Assembly (NCBI RefSeq): GCF_013365455.1
Contig: NZ_CP046578.1
Span: 480,001-512,000, forward strand
Direction of reading: 5' to 3'
DNA length: 32,000 bases
DNA from: Wolbachia endosymbiont of Dirofilaria (Dirofilaria) immitis
Lineage (GTDB): Bacteria > Pseudomonadota > Alphaproteobacteria > Rickettsiales > Anaplasmataceae
The notes beneath the pieces were generated by a model. That model was not told the DNA's origin and made no database searches. It saw only the letters and a program-made list of their open reading frames with translations. Positions 21,802-30,219 of this stretch are shown piece after piece. Every line of letters begins with the position of its first letter. Position 1 is the first letter of the stretch. The position numbers and the translations under genes are program-made.

Positions 21802-23577
21802 TTAGAGCTTACAAAGACGCGAAAGCCATCTAGTCAACCAAAAGTTATTTTGTAACCCACCTGAGTAATCAATCTTCTCATTGTCTCTGCCCTCAACTTT
21901 GTAACCAGAGTTTTGCAGTGGCTTACAATCACTTAAACTAACTTCATCTCCTCGTTTTAAAATAAACACATCTACGTTTAAATTATTATCAACACTAACG
22001 TTCAATTTAATATTAAACTCTCTTTCGATCGTAGAAACGGTATCGCGCTTATTACTAAAAATATGTGCAATAATTGAACCATGCGCTGATAAATCAAACG
22101 ACCCATTTCGATTTCTACTAGCAACATACTGTAATTCTCTTAATATTGACGCAACAATTACTTCATTTGACTTTACCTTACCAACTCCCTTACAGTGTAA
22201 ACATTCTGTAGTATTGATTTCCTGTATGCTCGGTTTAATCCTTTGCCTTGAAAACACCATTAAACCAAAGTCATTTATATAGCTAAACTGGACCCTTGCT
22301 TTATCATCTTTAAACGCCTGTCTAACAGCAAATTCAACAGCTCTACAATACTGATATTTCAACATACCAATAAAATCTACTACTATTAACCCTGATAAGC
22401 CTCTTAAATTCACTTGCCTTGATATTTCAGGTACTGCTTCCATATTGGTCCTATAAGCTGTTTCTTCTATACTATCCTCCCCCATCATTTTTCCCGAGTT
22501 TACATCTATTGAAACAAATGCTTCAGTTAAAGTTATTATTAAAGAACCACCAGATGGCAATTTTACTCTATTGCTATATAACTCAGAAACTTGATCCTCA
22601 ATTCCATAGTAAGTAAATATCGGAATAAAACCTCTATACAACCTATAACGCAACTTACTACCCTTTAACGCATTCTCAGCATATTGTCTCACTACTTCAA
22701 AAGCTTCCTTCCCAGACACTATAACTTCTACATCATTACTACAAAAATCACGAATAGATCTCATAATTAAATCTGCTTCGTTATAAATTAACGATGGAAC
22801 ATTTGCAGAGGAAGCATTTTTCTGGATGCTCTGCCACAATGAAAATAAATAATTATAATCCTGTTCAATTTCTTTCTTGCTCTTTCCTGAGCCAACAGTC
22901 CTAATTATTAAACCTGACCTTTTTGGCAAGTCCATTGAATCAAGTACATCTTTTAATTGCTTTCTGATACTAGTGTCCTCAATTTTGCGAGATACTCCAC
23001 CTCTACTCATAGAATTTGGCATGAAAACACAGTACCTACCTACTAAAGTTATATAAGTTGTAAATGAAGCCCCCTTGTTACCACGTTCCTCTTTAGTCAG
23101 TTGAACTAACATTTTTTGATTAACCGCAATAACATCCTGTAACTTATACCTCTTATATAAATTATATAAAGATACTTCCCTTACAAATCCATTATTAGAC
23201 TCATTAACATTTCTATTAACTGCGTAATCTGAAGAAACATTCGTTGATGTACTACTATCTTCCTCTGTATAACCACCATTTGAACAATTTCCAAAAAAAG
23301 CTTCCTTCTCCTTTTCTGAAATATTAAAATAATCCGGAGATATTTCAGAAAAAGATAAAAAACCTTGCTTATTTTTCCCATACTCAATAAATACAGCTTG
23401 CAAAGAAGGCTTTATACGCTTTACATGAGCAACGTATATATTACCTCTTAATTGCCTTTTTTCCTTGAATTCTTGCTCAAATTCTACAACCTTATTATTG
23501 ACTAACAAAGCAATCCTCACCTCATCAGAGCAGATAGAATTTTCTATTAATAGTAACCTTTTACTACTATTCGCCAC
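21802..23577 (-). CDS. Ribonuclease E/G family protein
   Basis: 'GNIYVAHVKRIKPSLQAVFIEYGKNKQGFLSFSEISPDYF' (S1 domain), 'SGLIIRTVGSGKS', 'GGSLIITLTEAFVSIDVNSGKMM', 'EAVPEISRQVNLRGLSGLIVVDFIGM', 'CLHCKGVGKVKS'. Confidence 0.92.
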   Translation of the reverse strand: MANSSKRLLLIENSICSDEVRIALLVNNKVVEFEQEFKEKRQLRGNIYVAHVKRIKPSLQAVFIEYGKNKQGFLSFSEISPDYFNISEKEKEAFFGNCSNGGYTEEDSSTSTNVSSDYAVNRNVNESNNGFVREVSLYNLYKRYKLQDVIAVNQKMLVQLTKEERGNKGASFTTYITLVGRYCVFMPNSMSRGGVSRKIEDTSIRKQLKDVLDSMDLPKRSGLIIRTVGSGKSKKEIEQDYNYLFSLWQSIQKNASSANVPSLIYNEADLIMRSIRDFCSNDVEVIVSGKEAFEVVRQYAENALKGSKLRYRLYRGFIPIFTYYGIEDQVSELYSNRVKLPSGGSLIITLTEAFVSIDVNSGKMMGEDSIEETAYRTNMEAVPEISRQVNLRGLSGLIVVDFIGMLKYQYCRAVEFAVRQAFKDDKARVQFSYINDFGLMVFSRQRIKPSIQEINTTECLHCKGVGKVKSNEVIVASILRELQYVASRNRNGSFDLSAHGSIIAHIFSNKRDTVSTIEREFNIKLNVSVDNNLNVDVFILKRGDEVSLSDCKPLQNSGYKVEGRDNEKIDYSGGLQNNFWLTRWLSRLCKL

Positions 23578-23729
23578 TTGCGTTTCATTCTGAATTTAAC
23601 TTCATATTATCAATACGCTGCAGATTGTCAAGAATTTTACGATCTACATCATTCAAAATGATACAAAATAGTTGACTTTTAGTACTTTATATAATAAACT
23701 CATAAAGAACTTATATTGTTATACTAAAT

Positions 23730-23930
23730 ATGGCAAAAAAGAGCGCTTCTTTGCTTGTTAAGCTAGTTAGCAGTGCAACCAAGAAAACAAGTACTGGTGA
23801 AGAAAAACCGACAGGCTACTTCTATATTAAAAAGCGTAATCCAAAAAAGCTTACTAGAAAACTAGAGCTGAGAAAATATGATCCGGTAGCCAGAAAACAT
23901 GTATTATTTAAAGAAGAAAAATTAAAGTAG
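23730..23930 (+). CDS. rpmG: 50S ribosomal protein L33
   Basis: '[66 protein letters not shown]'. Confidence 0.95.
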   Translation: MAKKSASLLVKLVSSATKKTSTGEEKPTGYFYIKKRNPKKLTRKLELRKYDPVARKHVLFKEEKLK

Positions 23931-23954
23931 TTTTCTATAAGGAAGTTTTTTGCC

Positions 23955-24230
23955 ATGCAAAATTCACAATTAAGTTATCCAATAGTGATAGAATTGGGTG
24001 ACATAAAAGATACAAAACTGAAATTGATAAAGGTTATCGCACAGTTAATAAGTAAGAAATATAGAACACAAAAAAAAGCGGCAATCGCTCTAAGGATTGA
24101 TCAACCTAAAGTATCTCAAATTAATAAATCAAAAATTGAAGGCTTCTCCCTAGAGTACTTGCTCAACTTATTGATTGCACTTGACCAAGATATAGATATG
24201 GAAATAAAGCATAATTCCAAACTTATATAA
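23955..24230 (+). CDS. Helix-turn-helix (XRE / HigA2-like) protein
   Basis: 91 aa. 'TQKKAAIALRIDQPKVSQINKSKIEGFSLEYLLNLLIALDQDIDMEI' matches the HigA2/HTH_37 pattern. Confidence 0.8.
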   Translation: MQNSQLSYPIVIELGDIKDTKLKLIKVIAQLISKKYRTQKKAAIALRIDQPKVSQINKSKIEGFSLEYLLNLLIALDQDIDMEIKHNSKLI

Positions 24231-24241
24231 TAAGGTTGTCT

Positions 24242-24265
24242 ATTTATTCTAATTTTAGAATAAAT
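24242..24265 (+). terminator. Possible AT-only hairpin at the 3' end of the HTH gene
   Basis: Perfect 10-bp inverted repeat ATTTATTCTA-attt-TAGAATAAAT, 11 nt after the HTH stop codon. There is no GC-rich stem, so terminator function is uncertain. Confidence 0.35.
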
Positions 24266-24348
24266 TGCAATTAACACTAACAAAAATTTCTAAAATCTAT
24301 ACTTAATAGCTGTCTTGAGGCTACTAGCAATAAATTAAACATACGGAA

Positions 24349-24368
24349 TACTGTATTATTATACAGTA
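24349..24368. repeat. Small inverted repeat
   Basis: TACTGTA-ttatta-TACAGTA, about 120 bp downstream of the HTH gene. Confidence 0.6.
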
Positions 24369-27077
24369 CTATAAAAATGGAATACATTTACAGCTCTATG
24401 ACTCGTCCTCTTCAAATGCTTTTTGCTAGTGTATCTAGCTTGAGTGTAGCAATACCACAAAAACGAACTCTTTTATACCTGCTTATCAACTCAATAGAAC
24501 TAGTTATATAGGATGCATTTCGTACCCCCTTGTTTACAACTCACTTAGTTGAGAACTTACAAAAAAAACTTGTAGAGCAAAATTGAGTCAACAAAAGACT
24601 TCTTATCTATCTTTAATTTTAACTAAGTTAGTTTTCTATTTTAACATATCTCTATCACACCACCTCACTTCACTTAAAATCAAAGGCCAGTTATAACTTT
24701 GCTATAGACTGTTAAATTCTATGTAGATTTACTAATTTGATAACTTCTTAACAAACTATAGACAGCATATCTTCATATCATTTGCTCATGTATTAAAGGC
24801 TAATCGACAACCACACTAGACCGGTATGTAAGTAACTCCCTAGCATTTCAAGGGAATATCCTTCACTTTCTATTCCTTCATCTCCATCTCAGGTCCAGAA
24901 AAAGGTATCTTAAAGCAAATTGATCTCATTAATATCGATGATATTATCCTCAACAATGCTGCGCTAAGTAAGAAAATAGATATTTCTTATAAACGAAACA
25001 CTTTTTTTTTGCTAACATTTGTGTTAATCAAGCTGTTTACTTAATAACTACTTGTGCTTAAACTAGCTCTAGTTTAGATGAGTTCAAAACATGTAAATAC
25101 CAAGTGTACAAGCAAAGCTAACTGCTTAATTACTAAACTTGTCAAAAATTTCTAAGATACCTGACATAAATATACTTGCGCTTGAAAAACACAATGTAAA
25201 TTCTTATAAATTGAAAAAAATACCCTTTCAGTTTAGGTGACACAAACATCTTTCCAACTCTTGTTTAGATGGATACCGACAAGTTAGTACAGGCAAAATT
25301 AGGATTTCATAAAAATCCAAGTACATTCATTAAATGAACCATCAAGTAAATGTATAAAATGAAGATATTTATATCACTATATAATTTCTTTATCATTTTT
25401 AAATTTCTTATTCACTGAAATATTAAATTTGAAATAACAAAACCAATGAAAACTAAGTCTAGTATATTCCATTTTACCTTAGATAAATTAAACTTTTCTG
25501 TAATATATCCTATACTCGCTCCCAGGTCTAAAATATACCATGAATAAAATCTAGGAAAATAAATTTTTAATAAATCAACTAGTTTTGTAGCACATCCTTT
25601 TTGAACAAAAGCTATATGCACAAGATAAGCTTGCTCTACTAAAATTGCTCTATATATACTCTTTTTGTAACCATATTAAGACAAGAAAATCTATAATTTT
25701 GCTCATACACAAAAATAATGCTAATATAAACTTAGATTATGATAACCTCTGCACTATATTATAGTTAGTTAATAATTCTAAATTCTGTATTAATTTTGCT
25801 TTATTTAAATGATAAAAAGGCTACAACTCACTAAGTTATAATATCATGGTTCTTATGAAATGATATTATGCCATCTATCGTACCTTATTTGAAAGCTCTG
25901 CGTTATCGCTTTTAACTTTAACTTGTGTTTTTTGCATAATCACAAGTCAAATTCTAGAAAATTGATAAAAGAGAGGTTGAATAAATAAGTCCTGAATATT
26001 TATTAACAAGGCAATTTTTATCATAATACTAAAACAAATATTATATGTACTAAAGTTATCTTAAGGCTTTACTAACAATGCCTGAAATTGACGTAGAATT
26101 TTCTCAGAAGGTTAACGTCAGTAGAAAAGCTTCATGATCTTCACTAAGATTTAAAATTTCCTATATCAATACAATATCCCCCATTCATACTGAAAATTGT
26201 TTCAGCGATAACAAACTTAAGCCTTAAATCACTCCTGAATTTTGCAAGCAAATCTACCCAAGTGGCCTATATCATTATGTAATATCGCACGAGTTCAGCA
26301 TTGCTAAAAAATATAGCTTAGCATTTATAGACTATCATAACCCGTACTTATCAAAAAAGACAATAGATTTGTACAAGTGTTGGTTGACCACAATAAGCTT
26401 ATAAGGACTATTAAATTATCCCAGAAGCCTAAGTTAGTTAAAGATGAGGGCTAACTCAGTTTTTGACTTAAACAGAAGCGCAATCGTTAGTAGAGAAAAA
26501 AAAGGTCCATTCTTAGTAAGCTGAAGTTTCTTGTGATCCATGATATTTTTCTTTATTTTAGAATATATTACAATACTCATTGTATAGGTTGTACATAATC
26601 CGTTTACCAATGAGGAATCTAAATTCTGATAAAAAAATTAATTTTTACCAAGTCAGATTAAATCTTCAGTGACACATTTGAAGAATACTATAGTAAAGAT
26701 ACAACAGTTCTATATTCGTTTATTAGTTGGGGTGAGAAAAATGTTGGATGAACTTACAAGTATTATATTCCCTTATTAAGACTTACTTAGAAAAAATCAA
26801 GAACGCTTTCCATAAGAAAATTCTTTAATTAAGAAGGGCCTTATCCTACTTAAAGCAGAAAATTACCATAAATTTCCTTACTTTTTTTAATGAACCAGAA
26901 TTAGTCCTTTAATATAGAGAACTCATTACTTAAATAATGATGTAGCCATTCTTGACACTTTCTTTACTAGCTACTCTATAGAGTTAACGTTATATCTATA
27001 CAAGGTTAAAACAGAACATTGCAGCAAAATTTATGCTATATTAGGACTAATATGGAAGGAAGCTCATAAAATACAAC

Positions 27078-27153
27078 TGGTGGCTGAGGAGGGACTTGAA
27101 CCCACAACCAAGAGGTTATGATCCTCCTGCTCTACCAATTGAGCTACTCAGCC
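27078..27153 (-). tRNA. tRNA-Met (anticodon CAT, probably elongator), CCA encoded
   Basis: Reverse complement folds as GGCTGAG TA GCTC AATTGGTA GAGC A GGAGG ATCATAA CCTCT TGGTT GTGGG TTCAAGT CCCTC CTCAGCC A CCA (76 nt), with one T-T mismatch in the T stem. Confidence 0.9.
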
Positions 27154-28445
27154 CAATCAAAAACTTTACTATACATATAATCTACATATTTTGTATAATA
27201 CTCTAAGTTAAACAGAGATTCCAGCTTTTCAGAGTTAATAACTTTAAGTAAAGACTTATCTTGTTTCAACTCAGATAGAAAGTCATTATCATCTCCTTTC
27301 ACTTTCATTGCATTACTTTGAACAATTTCATATGCTTTTTCTCTTGTTAAACCACTCTGTACTAATTCAAGCAATACACGTTGTGAAAAAATTAAACCTT
27401 TTGAAGAGTTTAAATTCTTTTTAATATTTTCTTTATTAATCACTAATTTATTTACTAAATCTGCTAATCGCACTAAAGCGAAATCCATTAATATACAAGC
27501 ATCAGGAGCAATGCATCTTTCCACAGACGAATGCGATATATCTCGTTCATGCCACAACGCAACATTTTCTAACGCAGGAAACATATAACTGCGTATTAAA
27601 CGTGAAAGTCCAGTTAGATTCTCACTTAAAATAGGATTACACTTGTGTGGCATAGCAGAACTACCTTTTTGCCCAATGGAAAAATACTCGGAAATTTCTC
27701 CAATTTCAGTCCTTTGCAAATGACGAATTTCAATAGCAATATTCTCCATTGAGCTTGCAATCACCCCTAAAACTGAGAAGAACATAGCATGTCTATCACG
27801 AGGAATTACTTGAGATGACACAGTTTCAGCTATAAGTCCCATTTTCTTCGCTACATATTCTTCAACAAATGGATCAATATTTGCAAAATTTCCCATTACA
27901 CCTGATATTTTACAAGTTGAAATTTCTCTTTGAACATTAACTAGCCTTTGATAGCTACGCCTAAACTCTGCATAAAACCTGGCAAATTTTAACCCAAGTG
28001 TCGTTGGCTCTGCGTGCATTCCATGACTACGTCCAACACACATAATATCTTTATAGTCCTCAGCTTTTTTCTTCAATGCTGCAAGTAAATTTTGTAAATT
28101 CTTGAGCAAAATATCACACGATTCTTTCATCTGTACAGCAAGACATGTGTCTAACACATCAGAACTTGTCATACCGTAATGGAGATAACGAACATTAACT
28201 CCTACTTTTTCAGCAATATAAGTTAAAAAAGCTATAACATCGTGTTTTACAGAGGATTCAATCTCATTAATACGTTCAACATCAAATTTAATAGCACCAG
28301 AAAGCTTTTCAGCAACATCATTTGGAATCACTCCTAGCTTTGCTTGAGCTTCACATGCTAGTTTTTCTATTTTTAGCCATATATTAAACTTATTGTTTTC
28401 CTCCCAGATAGCAGACACTTCTCCATGACTGTAGCGAGGAATCAT
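27144..28445 (-). CDS. purB: Adenylosuccinate lyase
   Basis: 'MIPRYSHGEVSAIWEENNKFNIWLKIE', 'HYGMTSSDVLDTCLAVQM', 'GRSHGMHAEPTTLGLKFARFYAE', signature 'QKGSSAMPHKCNPILSENLTGLSRLIR'. Confidence 0.96.
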   Translation of the reverse strand: MIPRYSHGEVSAIWEENNKFNIWLKIEKLACEAQAKLGVIPNDVAEKLSGAIKFDVERINEIESSVKHDVIAFLTYIAEKVGVNVRYLHYGMTSSDVLDTCLAVQMKESCDILLKNLQNLLAALKKKAEDYKDIMCVGRSHGMHAEPTTLGLKFARFYAEFRRSYQRLVNVQREISTCKISGVMGNFANIDPFVEEYVAKKMGLIAETVSSQVIPRDRHAMFFSVLGVIASSMENIAIEIRHLQRTEIGEISEYFSIGQKGSSAMPHKCNPILSENLTGLSRLIRSYMFPALENVALWHERDISHSSVERCIAPDACILMDFALVRLADLVNKLVINKENIKKNLNSSKGLIFSQRVLLELVQSGLTREKAYEIVQSNAMKVKGDDNDFLSELKQDKSLLKVINSEKLESLFNLEYYTKYVDYMYSKVFDWAE

Positions 28446-28551
28446 TAAACGTCCTCTGTTTTACTTCTGAGTATATAAAAAACCAACACCACAAGTTGGA
28501 ATAACACTAATTTATCTATAAAAAACATTTCCCTGCGGCTATGATCAAAAA

Positions 28552-29109
28552 TCATCTCTGATTAACTTTATCACTATTAGCAGTCTCTTTACCTAAACCC
28601 TGTTCAACCTCTTGTTGTTGCAGCTTTTGGCTTTGCAATTTTACTTGCCTTAATTTATACGCATCTATTTCTGATCTAACAACATACACAGCGATTGGCA
28701 CCACTATTTCACTATGAAGCTCTATATTCACTTGGTACTCACCTAAATTTCTTATCCTTACTCCATTAAAAGATATTCTACGGTAATCAATCTCATGTTC
28801 TTGCAAGGACCTTGCAACCTCTCTCGCTGTTATAGAACCAAAAATTTTACCATCTTCAGAAGCTTGCTTTACTAAAATTACAAACTTATCAACAAGAGAT
28901 GCTGCTAGCTCTTTTGCTAAATCTAATTTTCTTATATTTTCTTCTTCTAAAAAGAAACGTTGCTCCTCTAGTTTTGCTATGTTTTCCTTAGTAGCTTTAA
29001 TTGCCTTCTTTTGCGGAAAAAGAAAATTACGTGCGTAGCCAGGCTTCACTTTTACAATCTCGCCTAATTTACCGAGTGTTTTTATACCTTCCTTTAAAAT
29101 CACTAACAT
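28552..29109 (-). CDS. rplI: 50S ribosomal protein L9
   Basis: 'MLVILKEGIKTLGKLGEIVKVKPGYARNFLFPQKKAIKAT', 'GKIFGSITAREVARSL', 'LGEYQVNIELHSEIVVPIAVYV'; 185 aa with a Gln/Lys-rich C-terminal tail. Confidence 0.95.
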   Translation of the reverse strand: MLVILKEGIKTLGKLGEIVKVKPGYARNFLFPQKKAIKATKENIAKLEEQRFFLEEENIRKLDLAKELAASLVDKFVILVKQASEDGKIFGSITAREVARSLQEHEIDYRRISFNGVRIRNLGEYQVNIELHSEIVVPIAVYVVRSEIDAYKLRQVKLQSQKLQQQEVEQGLGKETANSDKVNQR

Positions 29110-29116
29110 AAATCAC

Positions 29117-29392
29117 CTAAACTTTTTTAGTACAATAGGGAACAAGACCCAAAAAACGTGCCCTTATAATTGCTAAACGTAATTTTCTTTGTTTTCTTGC
29201 ACATACACCCGTTAATCTTCTAGGTAATATTCTACCGTAGTCAGAAGTAAATTTAGATAACAAATCTGTATTTTTATAATCTATATCCTCATCTTTAGAT
29301 GTAGCAAGAGGACAAATTTTAGAACGCCTAAATCCAGTCCTATTATTCACAGATACATAAGAATCATTAAAACTATTTCGTTTCTTTACCAT
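29117..29392 (-). CDS. rpsR: 30S ribosomal protein S18
   Basis: 'KICPLATSKDEDIDYKNTDLLSKFTSDYGRILPRRLTGVCARKQRKLRLAIIRARFLGLVPYC'. TAATG overlap with rpsF. Confidence 0.95.
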   Translation of the reverse strand: MVKKRNSFNDSYVSVNNRTGFRRSKICPLATSKDEDIDYKNTDLLSKFTSDYGRILPRRLTGVCARKQRKLRLAIIRARFLGLVPYCTKKV

Positions 29393-30168
29393 TATGCACT
29401 TTGCTCCTCAACTTGTTTATTCATCATATAAGACTTACCTTCAGAAAATTTATCAACCTGTACAGATAAGTAGCGAATAACATTTTCATTAAGCTTTATT
29501 CTACGTATAAATTCGCTCATAACACTTGAAGTAGAGTCTATACACATCATACAGTAATGACCACTCTTCATCTTATTTATCGGATATGCAAAATCTAGTA
29601 AGCCCCAATATTCATATTTTATCAATCCTGGAGCTTCAATATTTTCCAAAAGAATTTCTAATGTTTTACCTAACTTATCCAAGTTTGTTATTTCACAATC
29701 TTTTAAAGTCTCTTGAAAAACCTTTACCAAATTCTCCGAAATGTTTTCTTTTAAAGTGTTCACTACATTACGAATAAAAACACTCTTAGCAGACTGCTTG
29801 CTATTCTCCGAGAGCTTCATAAAATTTTGCGTAACCCTTAAACCTTTTAATCCGTTTTTTAACTCCTTACCAATCTTTAATTTAACCTCTCTCAAATTTG
29901 AAAGATCTCCTGCAAGCTCAATCCACAAAATTTTTACAAGATTTTCCAAAAAATTGGAACAATCAACTAAACTCTCTTGAATAGCATTAGACTGTATTTC
30001 CAATTCTCGCTTTATAAACTTGTTATTCTCCAAAAAGTTTCTTACTTTTCTAAAAATAATATCCCTTTTAATACTTTTTAACAAAACAGCTAGTTCCTGG
30101 ACCATCTCTTCTACTTCCTGCTGTAACAAACCCTGCTGTACTACAAAAGTAAATTCATAAAGACTCAC
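29392..30168 (-). CDS. rpsF: 30S ribosomal protein S6 with a large internal insertion
   Basis: 258 aa, GTG start. N-terminal 'MSLYEFTFVVQQGLLQQEVEEMVQELAVLL' and C-terminal 'LIKYEYWGLLDFAYPINKMKSGHYCMMCIDSTSSVMSEFIRRIKLNENVIRYLSVQVDK' are bS6; residues about 34-180 are extra. Position is rpsF-rpsR-rplI. Confidence 0.88.
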   Translation of the reverse strand: MSLYEFTFVVQQGLLQQEVEEMVQELAVLLKSIKRDIIFRKVRNFLENNKFIKRELEIQSNAIQESLVDCSNFLENLVKILWIELAGDLSNLREVKLKIGKELKNGLKGLRVTQNFMKLSENSKQSAKSVFIRNVVNTLKENISENLVKVFQETLKDCEITNLDKLGKTLEILLENIEAPGLIKYEYWGLLDFAYPINKMKSGHYCMMCIDSTSSVMSEFIRRIKLNENVIRYLSVQVDKFSEGKSYMMNKQVEEQSA

Positions 30169-30219
30169 TATATTTTCCTTCCTTGATGCCGATCAAATTT
30201 TCCATTATACAAGGATTTT

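Noticed and set aside
25412-25621. 69-aa minus-strand ORF as a membrane transporter fragment
   Set aside because: The sequence has a vague membrane-protein look, but I cannot tie it to a family, so it is not called as a feature.
29586-29980. Plus-strand ORFs opposite the rpsF insertion (29586-29777, 29741-29980)
   Set aside because: Considered as a nested antisense gene, but neither has a recognisable motif and the minus frame is continuous with bS6 at both ends.
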